A stretch of DNA of 64,000 nt from Eledone cirrhosa (GCA_964016885.1 CAXHJY010000384.1:1-64000), one strand, 5' to 3'. Positions 1 through 13,030 are shown, counted from the stretch's first letter. The notes: generated by a model from the sequence alone, not told the origin. Numbers and translations: made by a program.

Positions 1-166
1 AAGGCCAGCAATTACCCAGTACATTACTGGTACTTTATTTTATCGACCCCGTAAGGATGAAAGAAAGTTAACCTCGGCGGGATTTGAACTCAGATCATAA
101 AGGGGCGTAACTCTATGCTTCAAAGCATGGCATCCGACTCTACCGATACTGCCAATCCACCACCCT
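1..166 (-). mobile_element. tRNA-derived SINE family 1, head-to-head with a + copy at 198-423
   Basis: A-box-like TGGCAGTATCGG, B-box GAGTTCAAATCC, body ttcatccttacggggtcgataaaataaagtaccag, (ATT) tail. Further copies at ~2614, 5816, 6425, 7440, 7966, 28007, 33057, 52700, 58165, 58390, 63942. Confidence 0.85.
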
Positions 167-1059
167 AATTTTTACTAGTAATAATAATAATTAGTATTAA
201 GGGCAGTGGATTAGCAGTATCAGTAGAATGCCAGACACCATGCTTCGCGACATAGAGTTACGTCCCTTTACGCCCTGAGTTCAAATCTCCTTGTGGTGAA
301 CTTTGCTTTTCATCCTTACGTGATCAATAAAATAAAGTACCAGTAACACACTGGAATCGATTTAATTAATTTTCCTCTCCCACCAAATTGTTGACTTTGT
401 GCCTAAACCAGAAACCATTATTAAGAGCAGTGAGATGGCAGATTTAATGTAATGATGTATTAACTGTAATGCAGTATTTTGGCTAAATTAAAAATTGAAA
501 TCCTTCCAAAGACAATCTTACTTTTCCTTTATTTCTGGTTGATAAAACCGGTCAAGTACCGAGATCAACTTAATCACCTATTATTCAGTACAATAAATAA
601 AATAAAATAAATCTCACTAAATCAGTTATAAAAAAATAATAAATTACTCCCAGCATGGCCTCAGCCAGATGGTTGGAACAGATAAAAGAATACTCAGCTA
701 CACTCCTGTCCCAATATTTGTGATCTTATGCAAGTTAAAACAGGAAATTTGACAAATGGAGAACAGTTATCTCCCTTGTATAACAATTTAACAATTCAGA
801 GATTCTTGAGAATGGAGCTTCACTGTTGTGACACAGCAAATATATTTGTGACATAAAATGAAAGTGATAGAAAGATCCAGTCATAAAAAGCTTGCCAAAT
901 AAAGGATTGGGAGGACCCTTCAGTTTTGTGTCAAAAGACATGACAACCTTTCCTGTGTACTCGATAGAACATATGACCATACCTAAGTGAGACAAAGACC
1001 CTCCACTCCAACCCCAGCCAATTTCTGCCCAAAGCACCTTAATATCTATTACGATAGAA

Positions 1060-2902
1060 CAAAGGTTCTCAAAGTGGGCGCTACCACCCCCACCTAACAG
1101 TGGGCGCTGAGGGTAGGGGGTAGAGATGATATAATAGTATATTAAATATCAAATGATAAATATATATAAATATAATTATATATGAAAGTGTCAGAAAGGA
1201 TATTAGCACAACTAATTAGAGAAAGGGTCAAACTAGATGAGATGCAGTTTGGTTTTGTGCCTGGGAAGAGTACAACAGATGCCCTCTTCTTGGTGAGACA
1301 ATTGCAAGAGAGGTTCTTAGAGAAAAATAAGCCACTATACTTAGCCTTTGTTGACCTAGAGAAGGCCTTTGATAGGATACCCCGATCTGTCATTTGGTGG
1401 TTCCTAAGGAAGCTAGGTGTTGAGGAATGGCTTGTGAGAACAGTGCAAATTTTGTACAGAGGTACTGTCAGTAAAGTCAGGGTAGGAATGGAGTTTAGTG
1501 AGGAATTCCAGATACAAGTAGGAGTACATCAAGGTTCGGTCTTCAGCCCGCTCTTGTTCATTATAGTCCTCCAAGCCATAACAGAGGAGTTTAAGACTGG
1601 CTGTCCATGGGAACTTCTCTATGCTGACGATCTGGTTCTTATAGCAGAATCAGTAAAGGAGCTAGAGAATAAATTCTGGCTATGGAAACAGCAGTTGGAA
1701 GCAAGAGGACAGAGTGAACCTAGCTAAGACAAAAGTGTTGATGAGTAGAAAAGAGGACAAAACTCTGATTCCGTCAGGCAAATGGCCATGTTTGATATGC
1801 AGAAAAGGAACTGGCATAAATTCTATAAAATGCACACAATGCAGATCCTGGGTACACAAGAGATGTAGTGGGATAGCAGGCAAACTAACAGGTAGGGAGA
1901 AATATGTATGCAGTAGATGTACAGGGAAATTAGACAGTAGAAGTCGCATTGATAGACACATTTTTCAAATGCAGGAGGGCGCTATAGAAGTGGTGGATAG
2001 CTTCCGGTACCTAGATCAGATTAGCATGGGAGGAGGGTGTTCCGAGGCCATAGTATTTAGAATAAGGACGGGTTGGAAGAAGTTTAGGGAGCTGCTTCCT
2101 CTGCTGACGAAGAAGGGTTTCTCCCTGCGTATGAAAGGCCGGTTGTATGATGCCTGTGTGAGGAGCGCGATGCTGCATGGTAGTGAGACATGGGCAGCAA
2201 CTGCAGAGGATATGCGACGGCTGGAGAGAAATGAGGCAAGCATGATCCGTTGGATGTGCAGTGTAAATGTGCGTGAACGACCCAGCATGAATGTGTTGAG
2301 AGAGAAACTGTGTCTGAGAGGGATAGAATGTAGTGTACGGGAGAGGAGACTGATGTGGTATGGACATGTGATGCGCATGGAGGATGACCGATGGGTGAAG
2401 AAGTGCCAGGAAATGCCAGTTGAAGGAAGACGTGGTAGAGATAGACCACGAAAAACATGGTCGGAGTTGGTGAGAACAGACCTCAGATCGTTGAAGCTCA
2501 CGGTGGAGATGACGAAGGACCGTGACGAGTGGAGAGATGCTGTGCTGAATAAGACCCGTCCCACCCTTGCAAGCAGGGAAAAGCGGACGTAAAATGATGA
2601 TGATGATGATGATGATAATTGTTTCTACATTAGGCACAAGGCCAGCAATTACCCAGTACATTACTGGTACTTTATTTTATCGACCCCGTAAGGATGAAAG
2701 GCAAAGTTATAAATATAATAAAATAAAAATATATATACTATTTATATTTATGCATAGTATATATTGTATTATTTATTATATATAAATTAGTGATTGTATT
2801 TATTATATATTATTTACAATTTGTGTATAGGCAGGTCTCTCTGGAAATAGGGTTGGGGGCGCTGTGTGTATTGGAGGGGGGGGGGGGTCCTGAGAACCTC
2901 TG
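1060..2902. mobile_element. hAT-type MITE hosting nested RTE and SINE insertions
   Basis: TIRs CAAAGGTTCTCA / TGAGAACCTCTG; 8-bp flanks CGATAGAA / CTATAGAA; related short copy at 49113-49242. Confidence 0.7.
1182..2613 (+). mobile_element. 5'-truncated RTE LINE (subfamily A), frameshifted, almost no 3' UTR, (ATG)n tail
   Basis: ORFs 1182-1727 and 1714-2592 with LAFVDLEKAFD, YADD and the PHD insert; the tail follows the stop codon directly. Confidence 0.95.
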
Positions 2903-3233
2903 CTATAGAACAATAAATACATATTAGATCTTCGATTCTTGATCAATAACAAATACATTCAATCATATTAACTCTTAACATCTTGTAATGATTTAGCAGA
3001 AGTATATATTTAAATATATTTAAAAAATGAGTTTCTTAATTCAGATTTTTGTAGTATCTTTACTAGTGTACAGACTGTTTTGAACATTTTCAAATTTCAA
3101 TGTGATGCAGTTATAGTGCTGTTTTGTACTTTTCAAGAATGTATTGCTAATGTGGTTTCATGTGATACTAAATTTAGTATCACATGAAATACTAAATTTC
3201 CTCCCTAAACATTGCCGATCCCCATCTTCTCTT

Positions 3234-3271
<38 letters not shown>

Positions 3272-4664
3272 TATGTATGAACCTCCAGGGGCACTCTAGT
3301 CACATACTGTGTCTTGGACATTTTAAACCTGGCAGGGCCAGTCCCCCACTCCAGGTCTGAGCACAGATGATTTCTTCCAGAGAAGGAGAGAGACAGAGTA
3401 TGTCATCTTCCTCTGACTTCATAATTAAAAAAAGAAAATGTATAGTGTTTGATTGCATAAGTTTACATGGTTTTGTTGTCAAGTGTGGAATACATGTGTG
3501 TTGCATCATAGTGTAACACAGAAATGCAATAGATAGATAGAAACATTGGATACATAAAAGGTTGGTACAACTTGTCATCCAATTTCCATGCTAGTATGAG
3601 TGGCAGATATCATCAGCACCATCATCATTTTATGTCTGTATTTATCATGCTTGGATGGTTTGTTACAGACCAAGTCAGTACTTAATCAGAGCTACTGTCC
3701 AATACAGGCTGGGGACCATATCTCACTTACGTATGTTTCAGTTTTGGCATGACTTCTACAGCTGGATGCCCTTCCAAATGTTAACCACTTGTAGGGTGTA
3801 TTGGGTGCATGGTTATCATATGGTTCTGTAAAATTAAATTGGATATTTGCATAACTTGAGCAATTTATTCTTATTGTAAAAAGTCTGTCTTTGTTATGGT
3901 TAAATATTCAACTAGAGAATAGCTAGTCCTTATTTTTCAAATAGGGTAGAGTGTAAAAGGTCATAGACACTGTTTGGAACAACAATAATTGGAAAAAAGT
4001 TTGAACACATGAACATTCAATCATTTAACAAGTTGTGTTAAACAAATACACTACTCTTACATGAAAATTGAAGTCAAATTTCAGAATGATATGAACATCA
4101 CCACTGTAGCAAATATATTGATTATTAATATCTATAGGGTTAGTAAGAGTCTATTGGAGAGTTGCCAGATTAAGTAAACATCAATCATCTACAGATAAAA
4201 CTTGCATGATCCTGACATTTTAAAATGCAGAACAAAATAAACAACAATAAAATGGTGCAAATTCAGGAAGCTTATATACAACCCTGGCAACAATACAGTT
4301 AACTGATGTTGATATTTTATACAAAAATAGAATACTGGAGATGATGTGGACAACATTTCTTAACTCTTTAAACACAAATCTGCCCTAAACTGTCTTTATT
4401 AAAGTATTCACATTTAAACTTAAACCTTGGACTGAGATCTCATTATTACATCACAGTTAACATTAGATTTCAGTTGTTAAATTTGTCTTTGGTATTAAGT
4501 TGAAAGTTAGTTATTTTGCCATTTTGTCTGTGGGGTGCAGCCAAAACACTGCTCTGACTTAGGTGTAGAGTCTGTCACTCTCTCCCCTTCCTCTTGTTTC
4601 TTTCATTTCTTAATAATCCATGCCCTCCCCACCTCCTGTTTCCTCTCATAGATAGTCTTTTCCA

Positions 4665-5816
4665 ATGCTACTTAAAACAGAAATGCAGTATATTTTTGTT
4701 AGTACAACTATCAAATATTATGTACAACACAACTACCAAATATTATGTACAACACAACTATTAAATATAAGTGTGGTACATGTATATGTGTGTGGGTGTG
4801 TATGGTACAAATATAACGGAATACTCCTACATATTTCCGGCGAAGATTCAAAACCGAATCTGAGCTTTCCCGCCTCTGGGACAAGCTGTGGTTAGTTGTT
4901 TTCGCCTTTGTCCTGTCAACGATGCTGGATGACATTTTATTTGACCTGTGACCCCAACCCCTTGGGAGATGCTAACCACAGGTCAGATGATAGTTGCTTA
5001 CGCTCGGCAGAAAAGAGGTCAGATGATATATCCATCCTTCTAACTTCAACCGTTATAAATACAAGGGCAAGGGTTATAAATACGGCCGGCAGAAAAAGTG
5101 GTACTACAGATAAGAGATGAGGTATTCACCGACGCTGTCAAACTCCCTTCACGAAAAACCAGTCTGTCCACTAATTTCTCACATGCCATTCCCGCCTGGC
5201 TGATTGAATACTACTACTGCTAAGACAAGAAAGTATACTAATACGCACACACGCACACATAGTAAGTTCACACTGCTTGCATTTTTACACGCACCATTTC
5301 TGTCTGCCATATTGTATTTTTCAGATACAATACAAATTATATTATATCGTATTCTGTGATTATTGTATTTACGTGGCTCTAGGAGCCACCAACTTATTGT
5401 ACAAATATTTCATGTTATAGATTTTATCATTCAATGTTCAAATTGAATATTGTTATAATAAAATAAACATTGTAACTACACAATCCTGGTATTATTCTTT
5501 GCATTGAAACTGTCATACCAATAATTCCATCTATTCGTTACACAAGCTACTAAATATTTTTTGTAGTAGAAACTACCACATATATGTATGTATTTAGTAT
5601 AAAGTACTAAATATATGTGTGGTACAAGCTATCAAATATCTGTTCAGCATAACTGCTAATTATATGTACAGAATATGTAGTGTCACTACCAAATAAATGT
5701 ACAGAGTGCAGCATAATTACGAAATATATGTGACAACTGCTAATATATATGTACAGTACAAACTACCAAATACATTATACAACATAAGCACTAAATATAT
5801 GTGCTGCATAACAAAA
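4665..5816. repeat. Degenerate ~24-bp tandem repeat (tatatgtacagcacaactaccaaa-like) split by the solo LTR
   Basis: Recurrent aactaccaaata/tatgtaca units at 4700-4810 and 5543-5816. Confidence 0.65.
4812..5542 (+). mobile_element. Solo LTR (probably Gypsy-type, ~730 bp)
   Basis: Ends T(A)TAACGGAATA...TATTCGTTACA; 4-bp flanks CAAA/CAAG; TATAAATA twice (~5054, ~5075); AATAAA near 5457. Interrupts a tandem repeat. Confidence 0.65.
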
Positions 5817-6976
5817 TGATTTGATTTAGGCACAAGGCCAACTTTCTTTAGGGTGGGGGGAATTAAATTAACCCCAGAAGAACGAAAGGCAAAGCTGACC
5901 TTGGTGCAATTTGAACTCAGAATATTAGAATGTCGTAACTCAATACCACAAAGCATTTTGGCTGGAACTCTTCCAATTCTGCCAATCCAACAGCTTAATA
6001 ATGAGAAAGTTATATTACTAAATCTCTTCAAATTCTTGATAACTACGACAATTGCAACTGAAAAATTTCCGTCCTTTGATAAACTGATAGAACTGTCCAA
6101 ATCAAAGGATAAGACAATAACAATTGTGAAGGAAGAACTGAATAAATGCTGGCATCAACCATTGAGATTTTACAGCCCAACAGAGACAGAAAAAGAAATG
6201 TCTCAAATACTCATAGACCAATCTGTGGGCTGGGTGAATTAGATTCCTTAATGTCAAAGGTGTTGAGTTAAAATCTATGTTTCCATTGCCAAATTTATCT
6301 TCCAGTTGCAGCTCCTGGCAGAAGGTTGTGGGATTTTAACTCAGAAGGTACAGAGTTGTGTTAGATATTACAAAGTATCCTGTCCAACTCTTTAATAATC
6401 CCCCACCACACCCCTGAACTGGTTCTTTATTTATCGACCCTGGACCTGGGAGGATGATTGGCAAAATTGACTTTAGTGGGATTTGAATTCAAGCTGGAAC
6501 AAATACTGAGATATTTAACCTAGTGCTCTAATGACTGTCAATTCACCAATATCAAAAGATAGGCCAAGTTTCCCTAAAAGCTAAATACCAGTGAGTGGTA
6601 GAGATATTGAGAGCAAGACAGAAGAATTTTGTCATTGTCATTCTTCCTCCTTCATCATTGTTTTAACATCTGCTTTCCTTGTTAGCAAGGGTTGGACAGG
6701 TCTACATAGACCAAGTCAGTACTGAAGTGGAGCCAATGATTTTCCAGTCAAGCCAAAGATCTATGTCTTCCTTATGTATCGTTGCACATTCCACAAAGTG
6801 CATAGGAAAGGTTGTCGTGTTTTACACAAACTAAAAGTTCCTCCTAAACTCTTGTTTAGCAGGCGTTCTACATTGGATGCCCTTCCTATTACCAACCACT
6901 TTACAGTAAGTAAAGGGTATGTTTAGCGTGTAGATCACCCAACAAGGTCTGACTGAAGGGTACTCCCAACACTTAC

Positions 6977-7130
6977 CTGTGTAATTCTATTTTTCCTTTC
7001 TTCCAGCATCAATTCTAAACTATTCCGTTTGTTAACAATCTTCTGTTCGTCCCATTCTTTCCTTCGTTGCACTTCTTTCCTCTGCTGCATTACTTTCTGC
7101 AGTTCAGATTTCTTCAAGACATTTTTGCCT
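6977..7130 (-). CDS. FAM107B: Coding exon of FAM107/DUF1151-family gene (coiled-coil part, GKNVLKKSELQKVMQQRKEVQRRKEWDEQKIVNKRNSLELMLEERKNRITQ)
   Basis: Acceptor ttacAG at 7132-7131 and donor CAG|GTAAGT at 6976. The phase-2 start fits the upstream exon (TT+A = Leu). Resembles the FAM107 KPELQRV...LE..L block. 154 nt, ends in phase 0; the next exon was not found in the window. Confidence 0.85.
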
Positions 7131-8297
7131 CTGTAATTGGAACATAAAGAAGACATTTACCCCATTAGAATTACATTAGAGACAACAACAACAACAACAT
7201 AGAATTGCTATCCAAATATTAGTAACTAAACATACTGGTATGACTAATCTATCTGACTAATCGATCACACCAACTTTATACTAATTATCTGACCAACAAT
7301 AGAAGCCTATCCCATATCATTATTGACAGGCCTTATAAACAAACACCCCCACATCAGTAATTTACCTAGCACACACCCAAAACTATTGACAGGACCAACA
7401 AAATTTGAATACTTATGAGTTACTGCAGCTGGATATATTTCCCAGGTACAAGGTCAACAATTTGAGGAGAGGGGAAAGTCGATTAAATCAACCCCAGTGC
7501 ATTACTCTTAAGGACGAATGGCAAAGCTTAACCTCGGCGGGATTTAACTCAGAACGAAAAAGGATATAATATGCTGCAAAGCAAGTTGTTCAATGCTTTA
7601 CTGATACTGTCAATCCACTGCTCTTGTGGATAAAAAAATTTTAGGTTATTTTATTTAATTGTTTTATTTTACTTTAATTTACTATTTAAAACTTTTATGA
7701 TTTCCTATTTTCATTTGAACAAACATTTTGTGGAACAGGTTTAACGGCCCTTGAACTTAAGTACATAACTGATAATTATTTTATTAATTTCAGTGAAATT
7801 TGAATTTGAAACATAAAGAGGAGATAGCTAAAAATATAGTAAGGCATTTTATCAAGTGCTCTACAAATTATGTCTTTTACTACCTTAACTACCAAAGCAC
7901 CTAAAACCAGCTCTCTTTGTTTTAATGTGTTTATATTTAACTAAAATCCTTACATTATATATATTTTCATCCTTACGGGGTCGATAAAATAAAGTACCAG
8001 TAATGCACTGGGTAATTGCTGGCCTTGTGCCAAAAGTAGAAACAATTATATATATATATATATAAAACTTTACGCAAGGACTTTTTTAAATTTATACTCC
8101 AAACACTATCAATAAAAAAAAGTTATATTACTAAATCCCCTCCTCCCCCAATCTTTGCTTATTTTCAAAATGATTTAGAAATCAAAGGCAGTGTTTTTCA
8201 TTAAAAATAAAGCAATGAAAGGGTTAATAATAATCAAAATCAATATTAATAGTTAGTAGCAGTAGAAATAATAGTAGTAATATAAATAATAACATAC

Positions 8298-8478
8298 AAT
8301 TTGTGATTAAGTAAAAGTTCTTTGTGCAAATCGCGGCGTTCTTTGGACAGAATACAAGGGTTAACCAGTTTTTTAGGTTGTACTAAACCATTTTCATCAT
8401 CTGAAGGTGGGTATATATGAGCTTCATCAACACAATCTTCATTCAAATAGTCAGGATGTGGCTCCATGAATATATTTT
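8298..8478 (-). CDS. FAM107B: Coding exon of FAM107/DUF1151-family gene (ENIFMEPHPDYLNEDC...GLVQPKKLVNPCILSKERRDLHKELLLNHK)
   Basis: Acceptor ttatacAG at 8480-8479 and donor GTATGT at 8297. Carries the FAM107 signature PKKL.NP...S....LH.ELL.NHK. 181 nt, phase 1 to phase 2. Confidence 0.88.
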
Positions 8479-8665
8479 CTGTATAAAATCAACAAGAACA
8501 TTTTAGACAAGATAACATAAAAAAAGAACCACAGGAAGACATATATTTATCCTTTCTCATAAATATTTATCTTTATAAGAATTTGAAACTAGACCACCCC
8601 CTGGAATAATATAACCACTAACATTAAATGTTAATGTTTTTTTTTATTTATGACTTTATTTATTA

Positions 8666-9431
8666 CCACCTTCAGCGCCCAGGTCTCACTACCATGCAAC
8701 ATCGCTGTTCGGATACAGCGATGTTGCATGGTAGTGAGACCTGGGCGCTGAAGGTGGAAGACTTACGTAGATTAGAGAGAAACGAAGCCTGCATGCTCCG
8801 ATGGATGTGTAATAGTAATATAAAGCATAAACGACAAAGCATAAACGAATTGAGAGAGAGACTGAGCATAAGAGGAATCAAATGCTGTGTGCAGGAGAGG
8901 CGGTTGCGTTGGTATGGACATGTGATGCGTATGAAGGATGACAGCTGCGTAAAAAGGTGCAGAGCACTAGAAGTCGATGGAAACCGCGGAGTGGGGAGAC
9001 CCAAGATGACCTGGGATGAGGTGATAAAAGCCGACCTTACCCAATTACACCTCTCAAAGGCGATGACACACGACCGTGACCTCTGGCGTCACGCAGTAAT
9101 ATAGAGTACCCGACCTCCCATGGGTACAAGCTGAAGCATATAGACAATATGCCCCCACACCCCCCTCACTGCAAGGTGGTCGTGGAGGTGCCACGGCAAA
9201 AAAGCACCCAGCCCACACTGTAAAGTGGACGTGTAGGTGCCACGAAAAAGCACCCAGCACTCACTGTAAATGAGGTTGGTGTTAGGAAGGGCATCCAGCT
9301 GTAGAAATCAAGCCAAATCAGTTCCTGTATGAACAAGGCATGGTCAGCCGACCAGACACTGCCCACAACAGGACAACCTGTCTAACCCATGCTAGCGTGG
9401 AAGAACGGACGTAAAACAGTGATGATGATGA
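8666..9431 (+). mobile_element. RTE subfamily C 3' fragment with fold-back inverted 5' end
   Basis: Matches 25797-26513; the first ~50 nt are an inverted copy of its own 5' end. Confidence 0.92.
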
Positions 9432-9959
9432 CTATTACTGCATCCCTAAAAGATGTTGAGAATGAGATACAAGTGAAAAGAAGACAGGTGGACATGTTTG
9501 TGTGGATAGAAAGGAATGTCATCTCATGGAGAGAAGATTGAGAGTGATGGAGGCTGTGGTGTGGAATCAAAAGTAAATATTATAAAATATAGGAAACAAC
9601 TGAGATGGCAGAGTATTACGAAACGCTAACATTGATGGCTAAGGATTGGAAAGGAATGTTTTTAATAGAAATAAAAACGAAGCAAATTGGTCATCTAATT
9701 CCTCAGTTGTTGTTGCTCTTATTTAGCTACCAATCAACCCTGATCAATAAGATAGATGGGTAACAGCATTTCAACTATGATTGTTCGGTCTTTTTAGGAG
9801 TATGTAGGACTACATTACCTCATGGTTTTTTTGTTGTTGTAAATTTAAGGTTTTGAACTAGACATGGTTTCCAAATTGCTTTGTCTCAGTTGTGACGACC
9901 CATCTAAGTCATGCCAACATGGAAAGCAGGCGTTTAATGATGATGATTATCCAAAGTCC

Positions 9960-10300
9960 AAAATCTAGGGCTTTCTCACTCCTATTGGAGGAACCTCTCC
10001 TTGGTTGACCTCTATTGCTTCCTATCTCTGGCTATATTGGACCATATAGGGCTGAGGTATCAGCTTAGATCATTGCGCCATCTGGCTTTTGGCTGCTCTG
10101 GTCCTTTTCCATTACCTTGGTGTCCACTGTCACTAATAGTCCACCTGTTGTCTATGAAATGTGAGAGGTGGCTAACCCATCTATGTTTTCCCATCTTGAT
10201 GGTTTTGATTATGTCCTTCACACCAGTCTGCTGCTGAATCCAGGTAGTGTTCTTTCTATCACATAAGGTGATTATGATGGAGTGTAATTTGGGGGAGATT
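9960..10300 (-). mobile_element. Old RTE-type C-terminal fragment (different lineage)
   Basis: QTGVKDII..IK..KHRWVSHL...DNRWT...RWRNDL. Confidence 0.6.
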
Positions 10301-11054
10301 TGGTTATACTTTCGAAGAGGTTGCAAGACCACATACAGGCTATCTTGTTAGTTCATCTATTTCAGTACTAGGGTATAACAAATAACTTCATAGACAAACC
10401 CTTTTCAAAATCCTTGCTAATATATATCTAGGATGATATTATCACTTCTCTAAAGTCTTCTAAGGACATTGGCTGACTTGAAGGAGACAAAAGTTAGTAC
10501 ATTACTCATAGATTTAATGCCATGAAAACTGTATTAATGATTGCAGAAGACAGAAAGTTTAGGTGTACTAGTTGGTAATTGGTTAGTTAATAGGATAGTG
10601 GGTAATATAGCAGATCTTGATTGGTTGATCAATTATTTAGATTGTAATGTTAAATATGTTGATTGGTTAATAGTTCTAAGATATATTGTGAAACCACCAT
10701 TCTAACCACGCACCTTCACTTCAAATTGAAAATATCTGAAAATACATTCAGGACTCTCATTGTCACAGCCCTATTGGTTGATAGTTAATAACATCCCTTG
10801 ATATTGTCCACTTCCCATTCTTCACATTAAATCAATCTGTAAATCCATTATAAATACTTTGTTAATAATATTATACAGACTGTCCAGCTTTCTATTCTTG
10901 CTGACTTCCACATCTGATATTACTGTTCACAATAATGTCACTTTTCTTAATTCTCTACTCCTCTACTTTCTCATCTTATCAATTCTTCATTGACACATGT
11001 CAAGAGGTCTTCAGACGTTGACCAAGTTGAAATGAAGACCTATATCCAAGATCT

Positions 11055-11287
11055 TTAACCCTTCTGATACCAAACCAACTGAAATTTTGTTTTAAAAGTT
11101 TTATATTTCTCTAAAAACCATTTATCATAATTTATGTAAGAAACTTTGTTAAGCTGTGTTCCAAGGAGCAATTTACTAATGGGAAAGTAATATTACTAAA
11201 TTCTTCCAAAATCTTCATTATTTTCAAAATCAGTTGAAAAATCAAAGGTAGTGCATTTCAAAAGAAATGTAGTAATGAAAAGGTTAA
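11055..11287. mobile_element. Abundant old AT-rich TTAA-CCC...GGG-TTAA MITE (other decayed copies near 11409, 17877, 24070, 34157, 35219-35484, 41300-42100, 55644, 59790)
   Basis: Ends TTAACCCTT / AAGGTTAA; recurrent internal motifs atattactaaat, ttttcaaaat, ttgaaaatcaaaggcagt. Confidence 0.6.
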
Positions 11288-12749
11288 GTTATATCTCCAC
11301 ATGTTATCCTTGAAGTGTTGTTAGTTTAAGGGTCAATTTGAATGTGCAAGCAATACCATACAAAAATGCAAGTCATATTTTAAACCAAGCTAATTTAATC
11401 AATTCAATTAACCCTTTCAAGACGATATTTCTAATAATTTTAATATAATAATTTCTATAATTTTCAAATAATCAAGAATTTGAAGGGATTTAGTAAAATA
11501 ACTAAGTTGCTCATTATTAAGCTGGTATTTGGAGAATAGGTTAACAAAAGTTCTTTTAAAATATGATAGGTTTTTAGATAAATATAAACACTTAAGAATC
11601 ACAAAAGAATCAGTTCTGCATCATAGAAACAGAGGCAGTTTTAGTTGATTTGGAATCACAAGAGTTAATTCAGAAAGCGCCCATTCCACACTTTGATGCC
11701 ATGATAAAAAGCACCCAGTATGCACTGTAAATGTGGTTGGCATTAGGAAGGGCATACAGGTAGAAACGAAGCCAGAATCAGTTCTATATGAAGAAGACAT
11801 GGTCATCTGATCTGGCTTGTCTCACAACAGAACAACTCGCCTAACCCATGCTAATGTGGAAAAATGGATGTTAAACAGTGATGATGACGATGATGATAGA
11901 TAGTTGAAATATGTAAAACAGAAATTGAAACTAAACAACTAGGACTGTCGCTTTAAACAGATAAGTTCCATCTAAAACCAGTAATATAAATAGACTAAGA
12001 AATAACTCCTGAAAGTATGTTTACTTTAACAATATGATTATTACAACTAATTAACTTGATATCTTCATAATATTGAAATCAAACTAAATTGAGTTTTCTC
12101 ATTTTGTGAGATATCCAGTAAAAAAACTGGATGGAAGAGAGAATGAAAGTTAGTGAGGTGGGGAGGCAGTAGGTAGGGCAAAATGGAGAAGCTTATAATA
12201 AGGCCAACTAGGCTAATCCTTGTTTTAGTGGGGAATATAGCCTTAAAACTCTTATATCCAGTGAGAGAAAATTAAAACAAAACGAAAAAAATTAACATTG
12301 TTTGAAACAGGAAGCTTGCATGTGAAAAAATGATAGTTTATAAGATACAAAAAGGTAATCAAATAGTTGTTTTCATGAAAGGAAATAAAAACAATTGGTT
12401 ATAAAATTGCCTGTTTTTCAAAAAATTAAGTTGCACATAACTAAACAAAGATGATGGTAGCTAAGCCTAAAAAAAACAATAATCACACACACACACACGG
12501 AGATTAAACAAGCCAACTAAGTGCATGCATGCATACACACACGCGATATGTTAGCCTGTAAATTGATGCAATGTAAGGAAGACTATAAAAGTGAAAGTGG
12601 TAGGACACATGGTAAGCTGCTAGAAATATAAATAAGAGTTGGTGGAGGAAAATATATAGTAAATTGAGAGTAGCTAGTATAAAAGTAGATAAGGAAATGT
12701 TAGGTTACAGGTGAGGTTCTCTAGACCTCACAGATGAAATGATTTAAGA

Positions 12750-13030
12750 TGGATGCATCAGAAGGAGCCTTTGATGTGGCTGGTTTCTCATCACAACTGG
12801 AACCTGCCAGCACCCAGATGGAATAATTCAGAGGAGCAGATGTCCAAACACTTGGAATTGACTGACTGTTTCCTTTCTGTACCAATTGCTGCTGAAACCT
12901 CTGGAGTCCTTGGTTTCCAGCCCAAGATTTTCTTCTGCAAAATTAGGAGGAGTGCATCCTGCTTGAAGAAGCCTCATAAGGTGGAGTGGCTGATGTAGTT
13001 GAGTGGTGATGGGTGTTCTCTGCAGCTATG
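12750..13030 (+). mobile_element. Remnant of a restriction-like-endonuclease (CRE-like) non-LTR element
   Basis: GAFDVAGFSSQLEP and FLSVPIAAETSGVLG...VEWLM resemble the C-terminal RLE region of CRE-type elements; heavily decayed. Confidence 0.45.

Noticed and set aside
2011-2661. Long antisense ORFs over RTE copies (also 15500-16280, 19244-20163, 25638-26084)
   Set aside because: Shadow frames of LINE coding sequence with no independent motifs.
3300-3430. Possible last FAM107 exon (SEEDDILCLSPSLEE...)
   Set aside because: Weak acceptor, no FAM107 C-terminal PEF-type motif, and part of the sequence recurs near 27100, suggesting a repeat.
5717-6242. 127-aa and 129-aa ORFs
   Set aside because: They run across a SINE and AT-rich repeat sequence; no protein-family features.
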